Source of the DNA: an uncultured delta proteobacterium
GTDB taxonomy: Bacteria > Desulfobacterota > Binatia > UBA9968
DNA: 64,000 nt
NCBI GenBank assembly: GCA_963840855.1
Contig: CAWJBB010000049.1
Location: 1 to 64,000, forward strand
Direction of reading: 5' to 3'
A program made the translations under genes and the position numbers. The notes beneath the pieces were generated by a model, which saw nothing but the letters and a program-made list of their open reading frames with translations, had not been told where the DNA came from and ran no database searches. Shown in pieces: positions 19,273-27,935 of this stretch. Each line of letters starts with the position of its first letter. The first letter of the stretch is position 1.

Positions 19273-20751
19273 TTACCCGCGCGACTTGAACAAATTGGGA
19301 TACTTCGCCTTCATCTTGGCGCGGTAATCTTCCGGCACTTCGACGACCTTTGGGAACTCGCCTTTCAGTTTCCGATTGTAGGGCATGCAGGCGTCGATCA
19401 ATATTCGATTGTTGAAGTTGCCCGGCAAGAACATCGGATCGCGGCCCGAAGACCAGGCTTTCTGCACGATGTCGATATCGGTTACCGGGTCGAAGCGCGT
19501 GCCCATAGCCCATAGCACCTGATCGACATCCGAACAATCGACGTCGTCGTCTACCACCACAGTCCACTTGCCGTTATAGGCGCCCGCCATGCAATTGGCG
19601 GCGACATGGAGCACGTTGCGCGCGTGGCCCGGATAGCGCTGGCGTATCTGGATCGCCGTGAAACGCGTCGCCGGCGCTCCCTCGTGGTTCCACACGCCGA
19701 GAATGTCCGGCAAGCCGCAGCCCTCCAGCGCCTTCCAGATCTCCGCTGCGCCGGCGATGCCCTTGAGCAAACCGGTCTCATCCACCGGCTTATGCTGCGG
19801 CGCGCAGGTAAGAATCGGATCGTTGCGGTACATCACCGTCTTGACGTTCAGATAAGGCCGCGGCACCACGTCGTCGGAATAGTAACCCATCCACTCGCCG
19901 AACGGACCCTCGGGTTTACTCTGGCCCGGCCGAGCTTCGCCTTCGATGACGATCTCGGCATCGGCGGGAATTGGAAATCCGGTGTACGGCCCTTTGACCA
20001 CTTCCACCGGTTCGCCGCGAATACCGCCGGCGAAATCATATTCCGAAATGCCACTGGGCAGCGGGCTTGCCGAGAGAAGATATAACAGCGGGTCTTGGCC
20101 GCAGACGATAGCGAACTTCGCCGCCTGGCCGCGCTCGAAATATTTGTCGCGGTGAATCCGCCCATGCTTGCCTTCGGTGATCTGGCAGCCGATGGTTTTC
20201 TCATCGTAAACCTGGCAGCGGTAGGCGCCGAAGTTATACCACTCCGCGTCGGGGTCCTTGGTAATGCACATGTCCGCAGTGCCGACGTAGCGGTGCGTGT
20301 CCGCCTGATGATGGACCGGCACGGGCAACTTGAGCACGTCGACTTTGTCGCCTTCCAGAACATTATCGAAGATCGGCCCGGACTTGACTGTCTTCGGTTT
20401 GATCAGTTTCATCTCGGTCATCCGATGATGATAGGCCTTGACGATGTCGGCTTTGTGTTCGTATTCCAGCGGCAAACCGAGAGTCAGAGCCACGCGCTTG
20501 ATCGTGGAGAATTGGCCGTAGAGCGTGCGATAGCCCTTCGGATAGCCCGGCACTTCATCAAAAAGAATCGCCGGCGCCTTGCCCTTGCCGGTTTCCGTCA
20601 GCATCTGCGTGACGGCCCCCATCTCTCGGTCCCAGTGCGCGCCATTCACCCGCTCCAATTCACCGAGCTTCTCCACCTGCTCCAGCCATTCGCGCAGACC
20701 ATGGTAGCTGACCGCGCTCCGGGCGGCATCGATTTTTTCCGGTCTTGCCAT
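19273..20751 (-). CDS. UbiD family prFMN-dependent decarboxylase
   Basis: LREWLEQVEKLGEL, GAYR, AEIVIEG, EGPFGEW, DVDQVLWAMGTR. Confidence 0.93.
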   Translation of the reverse strand: MARPEKIDAARSAVSYHGLREWLEQVEKLGELERVNGAHWDREMGAVTQMLTETGKGKAPAILFDEVPGYPKGYRTLYGQFSTIKRVALTLGLPLEYEHKADIVKAYHHRMTEMKLIKPKTVKSGPIFDNVLEGDKVDVLKLPVPVHHQADTHRYVGTADMCITKDPDAEWYNFGAYRCQVYDEKTIGCQITEGKHGRIHRDKYFERGQAAKFAIVCGQDPLLYLLSASPLPSGISEYDFAGGIRGEPVEVVKGPYTGFPIPADAEIVIEGEARPGQSKPEGPFGEWMGYYSDDVVPRPYLNVKTVMYRNDPILTCAPQHKPVDETGLLKGIAGAAEIWKALEGCGLPDILGVWNHEGAPATRFTAIQIRQRYPGHARNVLHVAANCMAGAYNGKWTVVVDDDVDCSDVDQVLWAMGTRFDPVTDIDIVQKAWSSGRDPMFLPGNFNNRILIDACMPYNRKLKGEFPKVVEVPEDYRAKMKAKYPNLFKSRG

Positions 20752-20793
20752 GCGATCCTCCAAAGAAGAACGGCACTCTAATCGACTGCGATC

Positions 20794-20822
20794 ACCATAC
20801 GTTTCGCCTATTTCCTTGTCAA
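20794..20822 (-). promoter_or_regulatory. Putative sigma-70 promoter for the ubiD-like gene
   Basis: TTGACA-N17-TATGGT on the minus strand. Confidence 0.55.
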
Positions 20823-20936
20823 GAAAGTGAACTACAAGCCGCGAAAACTGCGCCGCCTTGTTTCCGGTCGGACCAAATGTTAAGAGAAGGCTGAGCCATT
20901 GGGTTCGGTATTAAAAAATCATTTGCGAGTCATAAG

Positions 20937-21422
20937 GTGGCAAGATCTTCTTACAATCACGAACTTCGAACCATCGGTCAAGCCTTGGAAACCCAAGGCA
21001 TCTCGACCTTCGAACTCAAAGCCCAAGAGGGACGCTATGTGGTAAGTGGCGCGCCGGAGAGGCCGGAGTCGTTAGTGGCGGCGTTGCGCCATTGGCGCAG
21101 AAACAGTTGGCAGCGCGGACCGCGCACGGTCACTTACACGGCACTGGACGTCCACACCTTAGAGAAGAAAGGGCAAGCGCGGCGCGCGGCAAACGGCCAG
21201 CTGCCCGACTTTTATAATGTCTCGAACATTCTACGAACCGTCGGCGCTTACCTCGACGTGAAAAACGCCAGCCTCCTTGAAATCCAAAAACGCCCCCTAA
21301 CCTTGACCCTGATGTATCGAGCCAAGGGAGGTCATCCCTTCGTCGAGGACCGGACCATAGCGTCGTTCTATAAGACTTTCATCGAGTTGCACGGCAGACG
21401 CTCCCGGCCCGCGAAACTTTAG
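20937..21422 (+). CDS. Hypothetical protein with an internal repeat
   Basis: 161-aa ORF; ELRTIGQALE and ILRTVGAYLD half-repeats. Confidence 0.7.
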   Translation: MARSSYNHELRTIGQALETQGISTFELKAQEGRYVVSGAPERPESLVAALRHWRRNSWQRGPRTVTYTALDVHTLEKKGQARRAANGQLPDFYNVSNILRTVGAYLDVKNASLLEIQKRPLTLTLMYRAKGGHPFVEDRTIASFYKTFIELHGRRSRPAKL

Positions 21423-21423
21423 C

Positions 21424-21513
21424 CGGCTGGTTTGTTGACGAAGTCACGGCCCCGAACACGCCATTCCCGCGCCTCGGCAGGGTTCAGCACAAGCTCCAGC
21501 GGGAAGCCAGCCG
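21424..21513. repeat. Nested hairpin / REP-like element between convergent genes
   Basis: cggctggttt...aagccagccg and ttcccgc...gcgggaa inverted pairs. Confidence 0.5.
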
Positions 21514-21520
21514 CGGCACG

Positions 21521-22129
21521 TTACAACGCAACTTTTTCACGGATTTTTTTCATCAGCTCTTCGTAGGACGAGGTCTTGATCACCCGGTCGAACTGAGACC
21601 GGTAGCTGTTGACGATGCTGATGTTTTCCACGACGGCGTCATAGACCAGCCACCTGTCCCCCACCCTTCTGAGCTTGAAGATGATCGGGATTTCCTCGCC
21701 CTTTGCGCCTACAACCGTTGCGTCAACCTCGGCGTAATCATTGTCGATGATCTCGCGGCTAAAAATAATACGCTGCCCAGCATACTCATCGATTCGGTCC
21801 GCGTAGATTCTCTCCAAAAAAGCGCGGAACAATTTGACGAACTCCCGCTGCTCCGCCGGGGTCCGGCCCCGCCAGTGGACCCCAAGCGCGCGCTTGGCGG
21901 TTTCTTCGTAATCGAAAATCGGATTGATGATCTGCTTCAAGCGCTCGATGCGCTCGGGTTTTTTTTCCTTGGACTTGAACTGAGGATCTTTCAGAACCTG
22001 AAGCGCCCGCTCCGTCGCGCCCTTGACTACGCTGAGCGGCTCATCGGCTCGAAGCTCCCGCGCGCTAAAAGCGATACAAATGAAAGTCGTAAGAACGATT
22101 CCACCGATGGACAAGCGTGGCAGCTTCAT
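21521..22129 (-). CDS. mlaC: MlaC/Ttg2D phospholipid-binding protein
   Basis: FDYEETAKRALG, WLVYDAVVENISIVNSYRSQF. Confidence 0.88.
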   Translation of the reverse strand: MKLPRLSIGGIVLTTFICIAFSARELRADEPLSVVKGATERALQVLKDPQFKSKEKKPERIERLKQIINPIFDYEETAKRALGVHWRGRTPAEQREFVKLFRAFLERIYADRIDEYAGQRIIFSREIIDNDYAEVDATVVGAKGEEIPIIFKLRRVGDRWLVYDAVVENISIVNSYRSQFDRVIKTSSYEELMKKIREKVAL

Positions 22130-22270
22130 GTACACGATTCCGAACTGGTTCTGCCTGGTGTCAGGTTGGCGAAAATACCAAGGCTCAGACGACCCGCGCG
22201 AGGAACGATGGCGCGGCACACCGCGACGGCAACGGAATTCGTCCCTTCGGTCGAACCTTCCCACCCCCGC

Positions 22271-24493
22271 TCAGCGCTGTCTTAGCCCGTTCAGCACCTT
22301 CTCTGCGGTGATGGGAAGTGAGGTAATCCTCACGCCCACGGCGTCTTCGACGGCGTTCGCAATCGCCGCCGCGGTAGGTATTATCGCCGTTTCGCCGATG
22401 CTCATGCTGTTATAGGGTCCGCTGCCGGTGTTGGATTGGACGATAGCAGTTTTCATCTCGGGGATATCTTTGATATTAGGAATCTTGTAGTCGCCGAGAC
22501 TCGCCGTCATCACCCGGCCGGTCTCGTCGGTGGAGAGGTCTTCCATGGTTCCATAACCCACGCCCATGACCACCGCGCCGTCGATTTGCCCCTGGTGCGT
22601 CAGCAGATTGAGAATAGTCCCGGTGTTATGCGCAGTGGTCAGCCGCGTCACCGTCACCTCGCCGGTTTCGGTATCGACCTCTACCTCGGCGACCTGCGCC
22701 ACCGTGGAAGTCTCCGGCCCTTCCTTTGGATTGGCGTAGTGGCCTTCCACGACGATTGGAGCGCCATTGGCGGCGGCGATCTGTGCGAAGCTCATACGCC
22801 GCTCGGCCCGGCCATGCGTAACGCCGCCATTGTTAAGAAGCAAATCCTCAGGAGCAGCGTTCATCGCCCGGCCGGCGGCACGCAGAATTTCTTCCCGCGC
22901 TTTCTTCCCGGCCTCGAATGCCGAACCGCCATGCACCCGGGTGCTGCTGCTGCCGCGCACCCCGGTGTCCTTGAGCACCCTGGTGGTATCGACCACTTCC
23001 ATGCGAATCGAATCCAGCGGCACGTCTAGTTCCTGGCTGATGATCTGGCGCATCACCGTGTAAGCGCCGGGACCGGTGTCGGTGACAGCGGTGGATAGCG
23101 TCACTACGCCCTTTTCATCGATCTTGACGAAGGCGTAGGACTCGCCGCCTTTGGAAACCCAGTTGCCGACCGCGCAGCCGCGACCCACGTTCTTACCTTT
23201 GGCGGCGCGGAAGCCTGAGACCTGCAGGGCTTTCTCCAAAGCCTCGGTTACTTTCACATGCGCGATGCTCTCGCCCACCGGGAAATGATCGCCGTCATGC
23301 ATGAAGTTCATGCGCCGGTAGTCCGCCGGGTCCAGCCCCAGTTTCTTGGCCACGAGGTCGGCCTGGCTCTCCGCAGCAAAGGCACCCTGCGGGTGGCCGG
23401 GCGCGCGCATATAGCCACAGGGAAATCTATTCGTATAGACGTATTTCTCTTCGATCAAACTGTTGGGAATTCGGTAGGGGCCGAAGGATTCGTGGGCGCC
23501 GACAAGGTAGCCCTGCGGGCGATAAGCGCCATAGCCGCCGCTGTCGAAAGTTATCTCCATGCGCTGGGCGATAATCAAGCCGTTTTTCTTAACGCCGGTT
23601 TTGATTTTGATCGTCCCGCCGTGGCGCGGATTCCCGGCCATCAGCTCTTCGGTGTAGTCGACAAGAAATTTAACCGGCCGCCCGGTCTTCTTCGATAGCG
23701 CGTAGCAGAGCGCCACTTCGTTGGAGTCGCCCTTGCCGCCGAAATCACCGCCCACGTAACACGGATGAATCACGATGCTCGCCGGGGAGATTTGAAATAC
23801 GCTGCCCACCTGATCGCGCATGGCGAAGGGCGCCTTGGTGGAAGCCCAAACCTCGGCGCTGCCGTCGGATTTTACCTGAACGACGCAAGAGTGGGGCTCG
23901 ATGTAGGCGTGGTGCACGGCGGGCACGCTAAAACTGTTTTCCACGATGACGTCCGACTGGCGAAAACCCGCTTCGACGTCTCCCTTCTTCCAGTTGAGGG
24001 AGACAAAGACGTTGCTCGGCGTCGCGATCTCATGGAGCAAGCCTTTATAGCGCGCCACGTTGGGGTGGATCAGGGGCGCGTTTGGGCTGAGCGCTTGCGC
24101 AATATCCCCCACCACCGGCAATTCGTCATACTCGACTTCGATGAGATCCACCGCCCGTTCCGCGGCGTCTTCCGTTTCGGCCGCCACGGCGGCAACTTTC
24201 TCGCCGATGTAGCGCACCGCGCCGTCGGCGAGCACCGGCATATCGATGATTTTCTTACCGATGAGCGCGCCACCAAACTCCGCGCCGGTGATTACCGCCG
24301 CGACGCCGGGAGCCGCCAGAGCTTTGTAAATATCCAGCCTTTTGATTCTGCCATGCGCAATGGGACTTCTGAGCGCCTTTACCCAGAGCATATTCGGCAA
24401 CACCACGTCCACCGCATAGACCGCCTTGCCGCCGACCTTTTCTTCGCCTTCGACCCGCGGGCTCGGAACTCCAAGGACGCTTCTTTCCGCCAT
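22271..24493 (-). CDS. Xanthine dehydrogenase/CoxL family molybdopterin-binding large subunit
   Basis: LRSPIAHG, HAYIEPH, GGDFGGK, MRAPG, QVAEVEVDTETG, GQIDG, IGE. Confidence 0.92.
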   Translation of the reverse strand: MAERSVLGVPSPRVEGEEKVGGKAVYAVDVVLPNMLWVKALRSPIAHGRIKRLDIYKALAAPGVAAVITGAEFGGALIGKKIIDMPVLADGAVRYIGEKVAAVAAETEDAAERAVDLIEVEYDELPVVGDIAQALSPNAPLIHPNVARYKGLLHEIATPSNVFVSLNWKKGDVEAGFRQSDVIVENSFSVPAVHHAYIEPHSCVVQVKSDGSAEVWASTKAPFAMRDQVGSVFQISPASIVIHPCYVGGDFGGKGDSNEVALCYALSKKTGRPVKFLVDYTEELMAGNPRHGGTIKIKTGVKKNGLIIAQRMEITFDSGGYGAYRPQGYLVGAHESFGPYRIPNSLIEEKYVYTNRFPCGYMRAPGHPQGAFAAESQADLVAKKLGLDPADYRRMNFMHDGDHFPVGESIAHVKVTEALEKALQVSGFRAAKGKNVGRGCAVGNWVSKGGESYAFVKIDEKGVVTLSTAVTDTGPGAYTVMRQIISQELDVPLDSIRMEVVDTTRVLKDTGVRGSSSTRVHGGSAFEAGKKAREEILRAAGRAMNAAPEDLLLNNGGVTHGRAERRMSFAQIAAANGAPIVVEGHYANPKEGPETSTVAQVAEVEVDTETGEVTVTRLTTAHNTGTILNLLTHQGQIDGAVVMGVGYGTMEDLSTDETGRVMTASLGDYKIPNIKDIPEMKTAIVQSNTGSGPYNSMSIGETAIIPTAAAIANAVEDAVGVRITSLPITAEKVLNGLRQR

Positions 24494-24597
24494 GGATGTC
24501 TCACCTCCTGGACAAATTATGAAACGCCGACCCTCGGATAAAGCCGACCACAAATAGATCACAACTCGATTTTGTTTGGAACCGGCCGAGCTAGAAA

Positions 24598-24669
24598 GTT
24601 CCAGACGTTTCAATAGTTCCAATCGTTCCAGACGTTCGAACGCGTTCGGAGGTTCCAGACGATTGGAAC
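24598..24669. repeat. 9-bp tandem repeats (GTTCCAGAC-like) with an inverted terminal unit
   Basis: gttccagac gtttcaata gttccaatc gttccagac gttcgaacg ... gttccagac gattggaac. Confidence 0.75.
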
Positions 24670-24676
24670 TTGTATT

Positions 24677-27600
24677 TCATGTACCGAAGGGGATCGTCAC
24701 GGTGAATGTCGAGCCTTGCCCTAGCTCGCTTTGGAGCTCGATTTTGCCGCCGAGTAGCTCCGTGAATTGTTTGGCGATGTAAAGACCCAGTCCGAGGCCG
24801 CCGTGAGACCGGCTCGCGGAAGCGTCCACTTGGTGGAACTTCTCGAAGATGGCATCGAGCTTGTCCGGTGCAATGCCAAGGCCAGTGTCGGACACTTTGA
24901 TCTCCAGCGACTGGCCGCGGCATTCTTGCTCGCGTTCACCCGGGATAGATACCGGTTCGCGGAAGCCGGAGACAGTCTTTGCCGACACGGTGATTTTGCC
25001 CTCGTCCGTAAACTTGAGGGCGTTGGCAACGAGATTTTGCACGACCTGGCGGAGTTTACGGCCGTCGGTAGCGATCGGCACCCGTTCCTCGGGATAGTCC
25101 CATATCAGCTCCGGCTGATTCTTATCATGAATCATGTCGAAGTCGGACTGGAGCTGCCTCAAGATATCCGAGACGTCGACCCATTGGCGGTCGACAAAAA
25201 TCTTCCGGGCTTCCAGATCCGTCGTCGCGAGCATCTCTTCGACCATGCGTAGCTGGTCGCCGGAGTGGTTCAAAACTTTCTGCAGCGCTTCCTTTTGTTC
25301 CGGCGTGATCGCGCCCAGCAGCCCGTCTTTCATCATCCCCACGTATCCCATGGTGATGTTTAGCGGTGAGCGCAGCTCGTGGGACATGACGCTCAAGAAA
25401 TCGTCCTTGACCTTGTCGGCTCTCTCAAGTTCGCGCGCTTGCAGCCGCGTCCGCTCGAAAAGTTGCGAGTTGTGAATCGCGATGGCCGCCTGTTCGGCCA
25501 GTCTGCACATAAAATCGGTCTCGCCGGCGGTGAATTCATGGCGCTTCCTGGTGAACACCCCCAGCACACCGATCACTTCACTCTGAAAAGTGAGCGGTAG
25601 GCCGAGATATGAAACCAAGCCGTTGCGCCGCAGGAAATCGGGATAGGCAACCTGTCGGTTATGTCGGAGATCAATAATCGCCACCGGGTTCCGCGACGAG
25701 GCAACCTGATGGAGTCCCCCCATGCCGGTTTTAGGCACTATCCTCTTCCACTCGCGCTCCTCGACATTTCGACAGGCCAGCGGCTCAAAATCGCCCGTTT
25801 CTTTATTGCGTAACCGCAGCGTAAGGGCGCAGTCGGAAAAAAGTTGCAGTATTTTATCAAACAAGACGTCTATTTGGGTCCGCAGGTCGAGAGACGAAGT
25901 GATCGCCAGATTGATTTCGCGCAGAGCTTGAGCTTCCTCGTTAGCGCGCTTGACGGCAACAAAGAGCTGCGCATTGTGAATTGCGACCGCTCCCTGGCCC
26001 GCCATCGTATTGACAAAATCGATCTCGGCGCTGCTAAAATCATGCTCGTGACGGGTATAAAGGCCCAGGACACCGACGATTTCGCTTTGCGCAATCAGGG
26101 GAACTCCCAGGTATGACACCAAGCCATGCTTGCGGAAAAAACCCCGGTTTTCAGCTGACGGAGCGCTCTCGATATTCCTTATCACCACCGGCGCGCCGCT
26201 ATCGACGACCTGCCGCGCCCGGCCCGTTATCGGGCCTCTTTCCTGCCGCAGTATCCATTCATCTCGATCCACGCCGCGGCAAGCGAGGGAGTTCAGCGCT
26301 CCCCCGACAGGTTTCAATAGTCTGACCGTGGCGGCCGACACGATCGGAACGAAGCGCTCGAGTTTCTCCAACAGTATGTTGAGTATGCCTTGCACGTCCA
26401 AAGTGGTGGTGATGGCGGTGTTTACTTCATGCAGCGCGCGAATGCGCTCGAGACTCCTCTGTGTTTCTTGATGGAGGCGAGCCTTCTGAATCGCTATGCC
26501 CACATGGTTACCGAGGGCCTCGAGTGTGCGTAACAGCTCCGGCGAAAACTTGCGCGGGGTCCGGCTGCCGAGTTGAATGGTACCCAGAACTTCTTCGCCG
26601 CCATGATGGGCACCAGAATGGCCGACTGGACTTCTTCATTCTTAAACACCGCGAGTCCTCGGCTTGCGGGTACGTCTTCGACGATGATCGATTCTTTTTT
26701 GACGATCACGTCGAGAATTAAGAGTACTGACTTCGGGATTTTGCAAGTCGATGCTTCTGTTTCTCGCGACGTCAGGATCTCGGTAGCCCCGTAGAGCCTC
26801 CGCTCTGAAGACGTCGCCCTCTGGAACCCGGAGCCGGATAACGCCGAGATCGAAGGAACCGAGGGACAACGCCTTGTCGAGAATACCGCTCCACGACAGC
26901 GTTTAAGTCCGGCGACGTAAACACCTCCTCGCTGATCGCATGAAGAGTCTGGAGCTGGTGGTGGCGCGCCAGGAGCGCTTCGTGAGCCTGCCTGCGCTCG
27001 GTGACATCCACGATTATGACCACAACGAGGGGCTCGAGTAGGTTCGCCCGGGGTTCGTAGGACACCGTAAAAAATCGTTTCTCTCGGCCCGGCGAGGAAG
27101 GGGGAGACCACGAGTTCATGGCTGACTCGCTCGCCCCAAAAGGCCATCTCCAGGCGACGGCGAATTTGATCATCGTATAGCGCGCCAAGCCGGTCAGCCA
27201 TCCGCTGCCCGACGAGATCCTCGGTCGGCAGTTCCAGGAATTCCGCCCAGGCGCGGTTGGTATAGCGGTAGCGATGCTCCCTATCCACGGCAGCCAAGCC
27301 GACGTTTGCGGTATCGGTCACGATGCGTAACCGCCCCTTGCTTTCGTGTAATTCGGCGGCGACTTGGTGCCGTTCGATCGCATAACGAACGGCCCGTGCC
27401 AATAACGGCGGCTGGAGTTGATTTTTGAGCAGGTAGTCTTGCGCACCCTGTTGCGTGGCTTTGATCCCCTCCCCTTCGTCCTCGAGACCGGTGAGCACCA
27501 GCACGGGCACGCGGGGTTCGTGCCGGCTTAGCCGCAGAAAGGTATCGAGACCGCTGGAGTCCGGTAGCATGAGGTCCAACAGCACGACGTCGAACTTTTC

Positions 27601-27753
27601 CGCCTCGATTCGGTTGCAGGCGTCCGCCAGCCGTTCGACATGAGTCAAAACGAAATCGCCGCCGAAACACTGGGCGAGGGCCCGCTGCACGGTCAACGCG
27701 TCGCGTCCATTTCCCTCGACAAGTAATATTCTGAGCTGTGGTTGTGGGTTCAT
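24677..27753 (-). CDS. REC-PAS-GAF-GAF-GAF histidine kinase with several frameshifts at 26550-27100
   Basis: REC+PAS in ORF 26494-27810; linker/GAF pieces in ORFs 26772-27188 and 26642-26869; GAF-GAF-HisKA (SHELRSPL)-HATPase in ORF 24677-26503. Confidence 0.8.
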
Positions 27754-27815
27754 GGCATCCTTGCCGGTACAGTCACCACTCGATGGCTTGAATGATTGAT
27801 AAGACAGCATGATAC

Positions 27816-27928
27816 CACCACGAAGGCACGAAGGACACGAAGTTGGAAAATTTCGAAATTCGAAATCTTACCTTGTGACCTTTGTTGTTAAATCTCTTCG
27901 CTTTGGTTGCGGCTTTGCCGCACTAGGC
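27816..27928. repeat. CACGAAG tandem-inverted repeat plus GC hairpin
   Basis: caccacgaaggcacgaaggacacgaag ... ccttgtgacctttgttgttaaat; tgcggctttgccgca hairpin. Confidence 0.75.
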
Positions 27929-27935
27929 GTTTCGT

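Noticed and set aside
22271-24493. Aerobic CO dehydrogenase CoxL
   Set aside because: Lacks the AYxCSFR active-site motif, and no coxM/coxS is adjacent.
24920-24975. Repeat-derived insert in the kinase HATPase domain (VSGFREPVSIPGERE)
   Set aside because: It looks like a loop insertion, but I could not match it to any repeat family in the window.
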